A stretch of 63,428 bases of DNA, filler included, from Circinaria calcarea (Eukaryota): assembly GCA_051942165.1 (NCBI GenBank). It is 22 parts of 22 records of this genome, joined end to end, with 100 filler letters (N's around TTAATTAATTAA, not from the genome) between each part and the next. Parts side by side here need not be neighbours in the genome. Positions count along the whole stretch, not along the records: positions 11,598 to 14,393 come from JAVECS010003248.1; positions 14,494 to 17,288 come from JAVECS010003249.1; positions 17,389 to 20,183 come from JAVECS010003250.1; positions 20,284 to 23,077 come from JAVECS010003251.1; 18 more parts are not named here. One strand, written 5' to 3'. Each line of letters starts with the position of its first letter. The first letter of the stretch is position 1. Below the pieces are notes generated by a model. That model made no database searches. It was not told where the DNA came from and saw only the letters and a list, made by a program, of their open reading frames with translations. A program made the translations under genes and the position numbers. This document shows positions 11,613 through 23,177 of the stretch, piece by piece.

Positions 11613-13070
11613 CTACGCCGTCTTGCACGACTGGACGTCTTGACCCTCCGAAATGGCTTTCCACGTGCAAGATTGCAACTCTTTTGCCGGGACTGGCTGC
11701 CACGGCTCGAGTTGTTGGAAGATGGTTATGTTTACGTGGTCGGGGAGGGCATTGAGTCCTGTGGGTTATTGCTATTAGCTTAGGGGTTTTCACTTTTCAC
11801 CGAGCCCAGGGGTGAGAGTTGGGGGAAAATCTACCGGATACTTTATTTCGTTCTCTCCTCTTCCGCCCGCTGATCTTTGCGGGTGGAGCTCCGAAATGAG
11901 CTCGTCCGCCTTGTGGTCCGCCAAATGGATGCGACACACAGATCTTCATGAGCGAGGTTAGGGCGGCATGGACTTGCATCCAGGTAAGGACGATGGTTAC
12001 TGCTGCGGAGATTGCAATGTGACAGGTATCTAAGAGAAAAGGTCAGTGTATGGTGAAGAGGGTATGTAAGCGGACTTGTATGCTCTACCGACTGACTTGA
12101 AGATAAAAATCTGACATTCCCCGGTCCGAGTGCTACATTATCTGATGCGTAGGGAAGCTGACTCAGTAGTTTGATGCAGTCAATGGCACTTGGGCTCCCT
12201 AACTTCGAATCACAAGTGTAGGTCATTTCATCATCAACCTTGGTGGTATATTCCCACCATTTCCCGGGTACACCCTGCTCCATTTGTATGGCCTGATTCT
12301 GGTAAAACTGGCTCATATCGTAGAAGGATTGCTTGAGCAACGGATTTCCCCATGCTGTTAGATACATCGAGCTAAGTTTCATACTGATCGCCAGGGGGAC
12401 TGCCGAGTCGTAATTGCCTGGTGATGGTAGACCGGTACCCCAGTGGGTTATGGAGACGGTAATGAAATAAGAGGACGGTGCTTAGAAAGTACCGTGGCTA
12501 GTTAGAGCGAGTACCATAATAAGTAGCAAGGTTAAATCTTACGGAATGGATCGGTGAGTCGTGTTGCCGGATTGGTGATATAATTTAACATGTTCGAAAA
12601 TCTGTAGGTAACGAAGCCCCCCGCTCCCCAATTAACACACTTCTGTAGGACGTATCCGGCCATCCCACTTAATTGAGCTGGAGCTAGTCGTATAGTCGTA
12701 TAGAATGAAGGGCCAGCCACCTCGGCGGAGACTCGACAATCTCCTAGGTATGGACGTTAACCACATGCTGTAAATCTTGCAAAGCCAGTTCCCGCTCACC
12801 GACTCGGTATGTGATAGGTAACACCCAGCGCTGGTTGGGATCCCGCAAATTATACTCTCTCACTTCTGGGGACTTGTCGAGTCTAGCTGCAGCCCTGGCA
12901 CATGCCTCGTAGAGTGGATCGGCCCCGACTAGCTGGAAACAGCTATAGAAGTCAGGGTGGACAGGAGGAATTGGATCTGGTGCTTCAAACGGGCGTTGAG
13001 CCCAGTTAGGTACATTAGACATACTAAGAGAATGACTGGTCAACTCAGTTGGTGTTCCGAAACCTTTCAC
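11613..13070 (-). CDS. Multi-exon Cys-patterned hypothetical protein with two similar modules (start unresolved)
   Basis: Splicing ORFs 12744-13070, 12532-12720, 11843-12382, 11797-11979 and a last exon GLNALPDHVNITIFQQ...CTWK...CKTA* gives one coherent protein. Confidence 0.65.
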
Positions 13071-13865
13071 AATTTCGGAGGATATTCCTGCGAATATATG
13101 TTGTTGCGGAAATCATTCGGGCGCAATACATTGCAGCCGAAAGTGTATCAAGTCCGTGTATAGCGTGCACGGTTCTGTACGCATGAGCAACACCTTAAGG
13201 GATAACGGTACTTCTTCTAGAACTCATGATTGTAATGACAGGGACGAGGTCTTCTGAAAAAGTACGTTGAAACAGTTTCCTTGTTTCGACAACGATCAAT
13301 AAGAGCGTAATCCGGAGAGATCTGACGCGAACATTAACATACATTGGCTACTGGAGCGAGAAAGGGGATCTGGGCAGTACGCGAGTTGCGAAACAGCATG
13401 TAGGTTATAAGAATCGCGTGTCGGTACGGAGTAGACCAGAGCTCTAATCTTTAATACATGCGAGACCGAAGCTTCAACGGTGCGTAGGCTCATACAAACC
13501 CTAGGATATAGCATAGTTGGCTGAGCCACAGGTAAGGTCGGACATTGATGGGGTAAAGCGTCCTGGATTGAGATGCGTTTGTGGTTTTTCGACATTATAC
13601 CAAGAGTAGAGAGGCGGTCTGAGACCTAATGACATTGTCAATTATATGTATTTTAGCTACGACGATATAATTGAGGAGACACGAGAAGGTACTGTAATCG
13701 GAGAACACTTCAGATCGAACAGGGGTAACACAAAGCAATTCGGAGTCCGGCGGCCGAATAGATCCGACCCAACGCTCAACATCCAAAAGAACTCTATCGG
13801 TAGTACCGTGTGGTACTTTAAGCAGTCAAATTAAGGCTATTGCCACTCTTTGTCTCCATCCCATC

Positions 13866-14393
13866 ATGTTCAGTAGAGCTCTCAGACCTGCTCGAGCTCT
13901 ACCGCTCAGGGCGTCTACACGTGCCCCTCTTTCGAAGCGAGCGGTCACTACTGATGCAGCTTCGTCGCATACAGACAAAGATAACGTACCCGATGTAAGT
14001 GTGGATGAACGGTTCTCGCAACTTTGGCCCTGGGTACTGTCTATGAGAGCTCTTGTGCTCAATTGATCTCAGGAAGATGATAAGCCATTCGAAGTCCGGC
14101 TCTCGGACGAGAGCTTCGAAACCTACGAGCTCGACCCTCCTCCATACACCCTCAATACGACCAAGAAAGAGCTCAAGCGAATGTACTACGATATGGTCTC
14201 GATTAGGTACTTTGATCTATATTACAGAAGAGAGAAATAGAGACAAGCTGATAGAAACCGTCAGGCGGATGGAGATGGCAGCAGATAGGCTATACAAAGA
14301 GAAGAAAATCCGGGGATTCTGTCATCTTTCCACCGGCCAAGAAGCCGTTGCAGCGGGAATCGAGCATGCTATAACTAAGGAAGATGCCGTCAT
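13866..14393 (+). CDS. pda1: Pyruvate dehydrogenase E1 alpha, 5' part (two introns)
   Basis: Mitochondrial presequence, [51 protein letters not shown]. Confidence 0.96.
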
Positions 14394-15616
14394 NNNNNNN
14401 NNNNNNNNNNNNNNNNNNNNNNNNNNNNNNNNNNNNNTTAATTAATTAANNNNNNNNNNNNNNNNNNNNNNNNNNNNNNNNNNNNNNNNNNNNAAATATA
14501 AAAGTAGACTCTATATACACAGAGTAAAGACGTGAACACGCCTAAATTCAGTAATAAAATGTCTGGAAACCGTGAACTACCAGGCGTGAATAGAAACACA
14601 CCCGCAAACGTCCAGAATTCAACACCAACACGCATTTTTTTCCGTGTCAACCCTGAAATGAACGGGCTGATAAACCAATAAGAACAGCAGCGCCCCCCTC
14701 AGCAGCCAGCTTCCACTCAACGGGCGCCCTATGATTTCCACCCCCCTCTCAACAGCAACAGGCCCCCATCCACGCCGCCTTCGGGCCCTATAACAGCGCT
14801 TTCACCCTCCCAATCTGGCTGGCGTCGTAGATATTTGACAATATATAATATAAGAAAAACCCAAGCTCACGAAGCCGTTTCTGCCGCAAAAGGCGCCTCA
14901 AACGCACCGGAAGGGCGTGGCATATTTATTAAATTATGAGGGGGGAATAGCATGAAATTCTACAGTATAATAAGTTTAGAGTTGTGATGTTGATTAATTA
15001 GGTTTAGCTCTCGGATTTCTATTATTCCGAGCCTAAATTACATTAGATTAACCTAACAAAAAAAACACCTAAACCCCCCAAGTGCCACTGGTGCTGGGGG
15101 ATGCGGTGGCTAGGTGGACGGTTGTGGTGCCATTGGCGTTTTAGGCGGCACTTGGCCCCTTTTTTTTGGCGAATGGGAGCGAGCGGATTCCTGCTTTCTG
15201 GAGGTGTGGCGGCTCTAGTCGCTGTAAGGACATTGAGATGGAGGGATGCGAAGGCAGATAATACGACTTGGAAGCTTTGGGCGTGGTGGACGGCGACCTT
15301 ATACTCTCTGCCACTTTTGAAGAGTTTAAGCTGACGGTATTTGGTTTATGCGCACAGACTGCATATTTTCCACTTTTCCTTTTCCTCTCCCTTTACCTCC
15401 TTTATTTTATTTCCTTGAAAACAATTGCATCTTCCTGAATAATAACTTGCGTCTCGTCTCGATATTATAAGAAACATACTATGCTACTCGCTGAATTGCA
15501 GATAGTTCGACGGCACTTAATTAAAGTGTGCAGTAAGAGCTTTTTATACTATTGTTCGTGTTTTACAATAATTTATCTAACTCCGAAAATCTATCCGTCT
15601 GATGAGAAAGGAGCAC

Positions 15617-16025
15617 TCAAACCCGTGGCGCCATAATTGACGAAACAGATATATTAGTTATCACTCGGACATTATCCGCCTCCATATTAATGCTCTCACT
15701 ATGCAGAGACTCATCTTGCTGGCTCCGCGTATTTGCAGTCGTCTCAGTCCTTCTCACCTTCCCCGGAAACGTCAGACCTCCCCTCAAGGGCAGATCATCG
15801 TCGTTGAGCCGCTCGACATGAATTCCGCTCAGTTCATCCCTCTGCCTCCCTTGAAATGTCCTCTCGAGCTCCCAGCTCGTGCCGTACTCGCTCGGATACA
15901 GCGCGTTCACGTGTGTGCGCTTGTAACCGCGGGCTCGATATCCGCTAGACGGGCTGTTATACGTGCTACCCGGAAGACGCATGAAGGTGGGTTTTAGAGT
16001 GGGCACGCAGGCAGCGATCATGGAG
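15617..16025 (-). pseudogene. 3' fragment of a Pth11-like membrane protein (end of last TM helix plus tail)
   Basis: SMIAACVPTLKP followed by a polar tail. No upstream TM helices. Confidence 0.55.
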
Positions 16026-16283
16026 AAATGTGGGCTGAGGGTTGAAATGGATATTGTGAGCTCAGACCGCGTGGTAGAAACAAGGAGAGCGCTCATGGAG
16101 AATGGCTTGGTAGCCCTATTGGGCTTTGCGCGCATGATGGCCGCTAAACATGCGCCGGGGGCTATGTCGATGGAGCAGATCGAAGAGATGAAAGGCGCGG
16201 CGATTAGGGAGATCGAGTCGGGCTGCTATGTCAGGTACGACATTCATACCGCAGTTGGCTTTAAGCCAAATTGTATCGAGTAA
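16020..16283 (+). pseudogene. 3' fragment of a fungal SAM-dependent methyltransferase
   Basis: D.VSSDRV.ETR..L.ENG...I.SGCYVRYDIH.AVGFKP C-terminus recognised from memory. The SAM-binding motif is absent. Confidence 0.55.
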
Positions 16284-16745
16284 ACGCTGCCTTCAGCAGT
16301 GTCGGCCGTTATAATGCTTGTCAGCCACTTTGCCATTGCATTATATATACTTCCTTTGAATGCATTTTTGAAGACAATACTGAAAAGCGACTCGATTTCC
16401 ATATAAAGCAGCTTAAATTTTGCAAATAACTTCAAACCTAGCCCTTCGGCAGATCCCTTTAGCAAACCCCCAATTCCCAATTCTCACGGCTCTGGTTTCT
16501 GTCTTTCTCTTCGCCGGCTCTCTCCCGCCTTCCCCCCCCCTGAACCCCGATCACTTTGAAAAATTCCAAGGGGGTTCTTTTCGAGGAGCTTGATTTGCTT
16601 TCCCCAGACCCGAGTAGGAAGAGGAAGAGGAAGGAGAAGGGGAAGGGTAAAAAGAGAAGATGGGGGACTGCTTTCCTCAGAACCAAAGATGGAGGCCGGG
16701 GGGGGATTCGGAGTAAGGGAATACGAAGTGTTCGACTTATATGTT

Positions 16746-16781
<36 letters not shown>

Positions 16782-17388
16782 GAAAAAGGGGAAAAAGGAA
16801 CGAGAAAAGGGTGGAGTCGAAGGGAGTGAGAATCAGAATGGTAGAGGGTGTTTTGTTGGTAGAGTGGTAGGGTTTGTGTGGGGTATATATGGGGTGAGAT
16901 GGGGTGCAAAGGTGAGAAATGGGGAAGTGGGGAAGAGTGGCAGGTGGGAGGGAGTTATGAGGAAAGAGTTATGGGGGAAAAGGAGGAAAGAAATGGAAGA
17001 AAGGGCGGGGATCGTACAACAGAGTTTTCGGTTTTTTTTTTCTTTTTTTTTAAAAAGGGAAGGCCATCAACTGCTTGAATTTGGTATATTTGCAATTGCC
17101 CCGTTTTTTAAAACCAACCGTACCCAGGAGGGAGATGATGGCTACATGCTCCCGCTACTAATCGGCCTAGCGAAGCTCCAACTGTATAATCATACAACGC
17201 CCCTTTTTCCCCGTAAAGGTACGCAAATCACACATATCCTACAAACGCACCGCACCCACAATTAGCCCCCCTGTCCCAAACCGCCATTNNNNNNNNNNNN
17301 NNNNNNNNNNNNNNNNNNNNNNNNNNNNNNNNTTAATTAATTAANNNNNNNNNNNNNNNNNNNNNNNNNNNNNNNNNNNNNNNNNNNN

Positions 17389-18312
17389 GTAAGTGCCAAG
17401 TTTTTGCCCACGCATGTCCTGCGGCCTGTGAGTTATGTCAGCGGCTTGAGTATACTTGATTTAGGCGTGTCAAGTGTCCGCTGAGCGCTAGCCACTCTCA
17501 GGACTTGGAATAGTGGGAAAGCCTATACAAGGAGTGCGGAAATAGATGCCGTTCAAGGTGACATACTCACTCCAAAAGGTACAAACGCCCGCTTGTCTTT
17601 GACCATATCTGGGCGGCTGTACCAGCGTTCAGGAATGAAAGAATGAGGGTCTTCGAAGGCACTTTCGACTAGAAGCACAACTCGTGTCAGTCGTATTTAA
17701 AGTGTTTCAACGAAATGCTATAAAGGATAAAGGGAGTGTCTGGAGGTATAAAGAATCCAAAGCACTCCCTCAGAAAAACTGACGTCTAAATATTGAGTAT
17801 CGAGGTGTAGTAATCTTCGTATCTCTAGGGATGAAAATATCATTGATTTATAGACCCACGGAAGGCGTTATTCGGGTGCCCATAGATAGTGCGGCGGGTA
17901 GCAGAAGCATTGATTCGTTAATTACCTCGTTAAAATGAGGCAGATATGAAACTGCACTTATGTCGTGAGGGTCAATAAAAGTAAGTTCCTCGTATATTTT
18001 TCAGCGTCTTCGGGATGGCCAGCCAGGAAGTACCACAGCAATATCAAGCTTGGCCCAGTCGTGTCACTATGGAGACGGGCGTAAGTCAGCCTTTGATGAC
18101 AACTTTAGGTAATTTATAGATGTAGAGATTAGATATTTCGCCATTATTTAAATAATGCTAATAAAGAACCCTGCAACTTACCTCCCACCTACAATCACCG
18201 ATATTGTATTACCACTAAGTAAGTTCTGCCGAGCCTTTGTATCCGTAGATAATTGATTCTTGCTAATCTCTTCGATAAACCATGCTGCGATATCTGGTTC
18301 TTCCACTCTTGT
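17389..18312 (-). pseudogene. Cytochrome P450 pseudogene (not in the ORF track)
   Basis: Four exons by manual translation: I-helix VIVGGSDT, ExxR degraded to ESML, TAA at 17848-17850, FIPERWYS...AFVPFG, and heme motif GRRTCVGKNLA. The 5' half is missing. Confidence 0.9.
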
Positions 18313-18742
18313 CTAGATATAATAGTGTTTAGTGTTGGGCAGCAGAATGTATGGTGGCATTGCTACCTGAGTATGTAACTGGGTAACTACCTATGCTACA
18401 AAAAAGTGCTTTTATGGTGTGTGGAAGTATTAAGCATGGACCTCCTAAGCAACACATGCCTCGGTAAGCCCTATGACTTCCAACACTGTACTATGGAGGG
18501 GACTTGGTTGTTGGGGTGTTTCTAAGTCTAAGTGGTGGGGGAAGACTAAATACGAGCAGGTGCTGACTAAGCTCCACACCGCCTCGGATAAGGGAACGCT
18601 GCCTCTGCCTCAGGCCTTATATAAAGGGCAACCTTGACAATCCTGATTTCTACCCGATCCGTATTTTTCATCCGCCTCAGAGACGTCTTCCAAACGATGT
18701 TAGCAAGCAGACTTCCCCTGAGCCGTTCAATAATCGAACACA

Positions 18743-19186
18743 ATGCCTTACATCATCCTCATCTTCGTCTACCGTAAGCCCGGCCTCTCCCTCGCCGCCT
18801 TCAAGTCCCATTACGAACACAGCCACATGCCATTGCTTCAATCCATCGCCGGTCCACACTTCCCCAAAACGCACACGCGACGTTATCTCCAGCGATCCGA
18901 GGGCAACACCACCGCTTCGCCTCCCTCGACCGAGAGCGGCGCGATCAACGCCAACTCTCCAGCTACAGTCTTGGTGGGGACGCAGGCCGAGTTTGAATAC
19001 GATGCGATCGCGGAACTGACATTTGACAACGAGGCCGCCTTCCAGGCCTTTTTCGCGTTGGTGAGCCAGGGGGAGGCGGCAGAGCGGATTGCCAGGGACG
19101 AAGAGATGTTCTCGGACCGACCGAAAATGAGGATAGTTGTCGTAGATGACTGTGCTGTGACAACTGGGCCCATGACGACTGGGTGA
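18743..19186 (+). CDS. EthD-domain (dimeric alpha-beta barrel) protein
   Basis: YRKPGLS...FKSHYEHSHMPL, YDAIAELTF, DEEMFSD. TATATAAA upstream at about 18618. Confidence 0.88.
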   Translation: MPYIILIFVYRKPGLSLAAFKSHYEHSHMPLLQSIAGPHFPKTHTRRYLQRSEGNTTASPPSTESGAINANSPATVLVGTQAEFEYDAIAELTFDNEAAFQAFFALVSQGEAAERIARDEEMFSDRPKMRIVVVDDCAVTTGPMTTG

Positions 19187-19592
19187 GCTGAGCGCAGAGG
19201 GCGAAGGTCGGCTTGTGGTAATGACTTGTAAGAAGCAGGACGGGTTACATGTATCTTGCTCCTCAAACTAGATTTATGAACAGACGACGAATGACAGGAA
19301 TCGCTGCGGGCAAAGAGCTACCATGATACATAGACAGTCACTGCTACATTTGTTCAGCGCTTGCTAATCCTGCTCGAGAACCCCTCGGCCAACACCCTGT
19401 ACTGACAGTTGATACGTCTGAACTACTACATATAATATGAAGCAGACTCTGTAGTAAGAGCCTTGGCTCATGGCCATGAGGGATGAAAAAGGATGTACTC
19501 AAAAGAGCGTCTACCAAACAATGTCTCCGTGTGCCTACCATCACCACCAGATCATTATATTCTGCTTAGTGTACGTATCTAAGCCTCCAAAC

Positions 19593-20183
19593 CTAAGAAG
19601 TCCATGCTTGTTCAGCGGCTTGTAATGCTTCTTCGCGAGCTTTGAGCTCATGAGCCTGCAGTGATTTCTGAAAATCCAACGTCGAATCGCGCATGTTCGC
19701 CCCAGAATTTGAGCTTATTTCACGCAACGATCGAGGTCCAGATGGAGCCGGGAATGAAAGTCCCTGCAGCTGGGACATTGGAACCTCCCTGACCGAAGCT
19801 TCCTCATTGTCTCGAGGATAGGAAACGCAATCTTCATACAGCTTCGACCATATCTTGGCACTTCTGCCGGTGATCTCATCGTCCCTAGAATAAATGGTAC
19901 CCTCGCGGCTGGCAATCGAGGTGAAAGCACCATCGGATCCCGTAAATTGGGCGGAGTTTCTCTGTTCATCGAGAGAGGGTAATGGTGACAATGGAGGTAA
20001 GACTTCGAGCTCTGGAAGCTTCAATTCCCCGCCCATCGAGACCGAGGAACGGAATCCTCTCTCAAACCGTCTCAAATCGAAGCTGCGAGAGGTATAGAGT
20101 CTCCTCCAAGATTTGACTAGGTTCTTGCCAAAGGTCATGCTCCGACTCTTCTTCCTACCAAGCAGGGAAACTCTTCTTTTTCG
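19593..20183 (-). CDS. C-terminal part of a hypothetical protein
   Basis: Long ORF near the contig edge with WSKLYEDCV and STLDFQKSLQAHE. Function not recognised. Confidence 0.6.
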   Translation of the reverse strand, partial: RKRRVSLLGRKKSRSMTFGKNLVKSWRRLYTSRSFDLRRFERGFRSSVSMGGELKLPELEVLPPLSPLPSLDEQRNSAQFTGSDGAFTSIASREGTIYSRDDEITGRSAKIWSKLYEDCVSYPRDNEEASVREVPMSQLQGLSFPAPSGPRSLREISSNSGANMRDSTLDFQKSLQAHELKAREEALQAAEQAWTS

Positions 20184-20283
20184 NNNNNNNNNNNNNNNNN
20201 NNNNNNNNNNNNNNNNNNNNNNNNNNNTTAATTAATTAANNNNNNNNNNNNNNNNNNNNNNNNNNNNNNNNNNNNNNNNNNNN

Positions 20284-21218
20284 AAAAAAGGCCCCAGTAC
20301 CTATCGCCAACATTGTTGAGCAGGACCCTTTCGAAGACATCTCACAAGCAAGGATGAATTCTTTTCAGACCCCACGCTACCCTCACGATGCTCCCCCACA
20401 TCTCTCAAGAATATTCCGAAACACTTTACGTACAGCGCTGACACCGTCTCACGCCGAACGTCCGTCATCTGACGCTCTTCGTGACCTAGTTGTTCCCCTT
20501 GCAAACGTGCGTGCTGAAATCATGTATCGTCAACTGCCTGATTGGTACGAAGCTGAATTGGGTGACCATGATACCGTGGTGATGGAAGATGGAAGGTTCA
20601 ATCCTCCGACATGGAAAAGGGCGTCTGAAGAGCGACCATTAGAAACGGAACCACAAGTATAAAACCTGTATGATACAAAGTCCCTTTGAATCACTAATAT
20701 AATTCAAGGACCCGCCACCACCTGCCGAGGAAGCCTTATCTGACGCAGATCCAGGACAAGCAGCTGGAGAAGCAAGAAGACGAACGGGGCCTTCAACAAG
20801 ACGAAAAAGACCTGTAGAAGACGAAGACGACGAAGACGAGAATATACCACCACCTGACGGAGGACCAAACGAAAAACTAGAAGATGCAGACCAGCCAGAG
20901 ACAGAAAACTCTTCCGACGGCGGAGGCGCCACAAACTTAATGAATGTCGCCCGTGCAGCCATGGCAGTTGCCCGAGCAGCCGGAAACGCCTTCTCTGCAA
21001 GAAAATCACCTAAAAAAGCAAAAAGAACCCCCCCTCCAGCAGCTACTGGTCCTGTTAACGCAGCTAGAATAAGTAAAAAAGTAAGAAGTGGGTCTGGGAT
21101 AGAGGTGAGAGTTCCAGAAATGAATGAAAACGGGCGTAGACGGTATGATAATGCAACTATTATTAATATTCAACGAGTCAAGAACGAACCGGATCTATGG
21201 ACTTTTGGCGACGTCTGA
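20284..21218 (+). CDS. 3' part of a hypothetical protein, possibly a kinase C-lobe end plus disordered tail
   Basis: Open from the contig edge (L...L....ERPSS..L...MYRQLPDW), probable intron at about 20657-20708, then an acidic/basic tail. Confidence 0.45.
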
Positions 21219-22363
21219 ACTATAAGATTGTACTGAGACGTAAAGGGGCAGAAGTTTGGGGCGCAAGATAGAGTTTAGCTGGCGACAACTGCATGTCTCC
21301 TGATCCACAACAAATGTGCAGAATTTTGGGTTGTAGAGAAATCTGTCCTCGGCAATAATTTTATTTTCCCAATATCTCGCAATGCCAACCAACCGACTTG
21401 TAGATTTCCTAAACAGGACCTCATTTGTTGCCGTATTAAGGAAGATGCCCCCCGAAGTGGAAATAAGGTCGGCGGGGTTTGAGGGTTAGGCTGAGAGACA
21501 AGATGGGAAAAGGTGAGTAGTAAAGGTGGGAGTGGTAGAAGGTTGGAGAAGTGAAAAAAAAGTGAGGGGGGTTTGGAATTTATTGTAAGAATGAGCCTGC
21601 GGGCTCGGATGGGGGTTGCAGACTTGGAACGGAGGGAGAGGGAGAAGGGAGCGTGGGAGCAGTGCGTAGGTAGAGGTATTCCTTGGGAAGGGAACCGCAG
21701 GACGGTGGTTGAGATGGGGGGCAGGGGTAAAATAACGTAAACGGTATACAGTTCACAGAAACTTGAAGTCTTGTACAGGAAAGACCGCTCAGCTTACGCT
21801 GTTCTTTTAAGACGGGGAGCACGGCATGCCCGGTTTGTGGCTGCGCGCAGAGCGGGCTCTTGCTGTTAGCCACCTCACAAGAGGATGTAGAGGGGAGGGA
21901 GTTTGATTTGTGGTGAGCATTGTTTCGAATTTTTTTTCTGACATGGAATAGTTGTCCCTGAAGTCTCAACGGCCCCAGATTTCACGCTATGGTGGAATTA
22001 GATATCGTGACTATAACGACCCAGCGAGAACCCAATATGTCAAGATCAAGAACAGGGGTTCTACACCACGTGGAGGAACTAGTATTCGGAGCGGTTGAAC
22101 TAACCACCGAGCGTACACATAGCAGCGGTTTTCTGCTATGTAGTTCCATCGTGAAGTCCATACACATAGAGTGGTAGTCACCATAGCCAATACAGCCTAT
22201 TTCCACCCTGTATTCCATATCCATTAGTTCACACAATAGCTGTTTTATAAACCGATCTCGTAAACCATCTAACTCAAAACATATCCACCAGCAAATCTTC
22301 TTTCACACCCCTCCCCCTTTTTCATTCCCAGACTAAGTTTCCGCCCTGACAAACCCCTTCCTC

Positions 22364-23077
22364 CTACCTAGGCGCCGGAGGAGCAATATCTGGATCCTTG
22401 TATAACTGCCCTGAGATTTGATTTTGACGCACAGTGACGAGCTCCGGTCTCGTGCGGCACTTGATATACGGACGGAAAACCTTATCCAGACCAAAAAGCG
22501 ACTCGTCAAGATCATCGGCCAAGAAAGCGACCGAAAAGGATCCTTTGGGCTCATCGATGTACCTTACATCTTCTGGGCCGAGAAATGGGATATTGCCCTC
22601 GTATTCATACCGTTCGTCGCCCTCGTCGTCAAAGGGGTAGAAGTTGAAGACCATGTAAATTGCCCCGGGACGACCGTCAGATACGTCTATGACGAGCGCA
22701 TAGCCGGTGGGCACCACGCCAGTGCGAGGGTTCGGATCTGAGGGCTCTCCCTTGGCATAGCGGTTGATGGAGCCGAGCTGCACGAAGATATTCAGCGGAG
22801 GACGTTTGGTTGCCTCAACGTGAACCTCTTTGCCGCGGGCGTAGGTAGGACCTTGGCCGCCATAGGTGCTATCGTCGCTACTGCCGAGAACGTGACCGAC
22901 GTTGAAATGCATGTTGATGCCTAGCATCGTAGTTAACATCTCTGGGTCGGGATGGTGGGCACTTTCTGCCTGGCGCGGAATGAGCTCCCCACTACCGGGA
23001 ACCAGCTTGAACTGGTAGTCACCGTTGGAGCCAAGATGGAGCGGTACAAAGCTCGAACGGTCCAAGTACTTCGAGAG
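22364..23077 (-). CDS. Hypothetical protein, 5' truncated
   Basis: ORF of more than 230 codons with globular composition, running from the contig edge. Confidence 0.65.
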   Translation of the reverse strand, partial: LSKYLDRSSFVPLHLGSNGDYQFKLVPGSGELIPRQAESAHHPDPEMLTTMLGINMHFNVGHVLGSSDDSTYGGQGPTYARGKEVHVEATKRPPLNIFVQLGSINRYAKGEPSDPNPRTGVVPTGYALVIDVSDGRPGAIYMVFNFYPFDDEGDERYEYEGNIPFLGPEDVRYIDEPKGSFSVAFLADDLDESLFGLDKVFRPYIKCRTRPELVTVRQNQISGQLYKDPDIAPPAPR

Positions 23078-23177
23078 NNNNNNNNNNNNNNNNNNNNNNN
23101 NNNNNNNNNNNNNNNNNNNNNTTAATTAATTAANNNNNNNNNNNNNNNNNNNNNNNNNNNNNNNNNNNNNNNNNNNN

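Noticed and set aside
16459..17265. Lys/Gly-rich ORFs
   Set aside because: They arise from poly-A and purine-rich low-complexity sequence.
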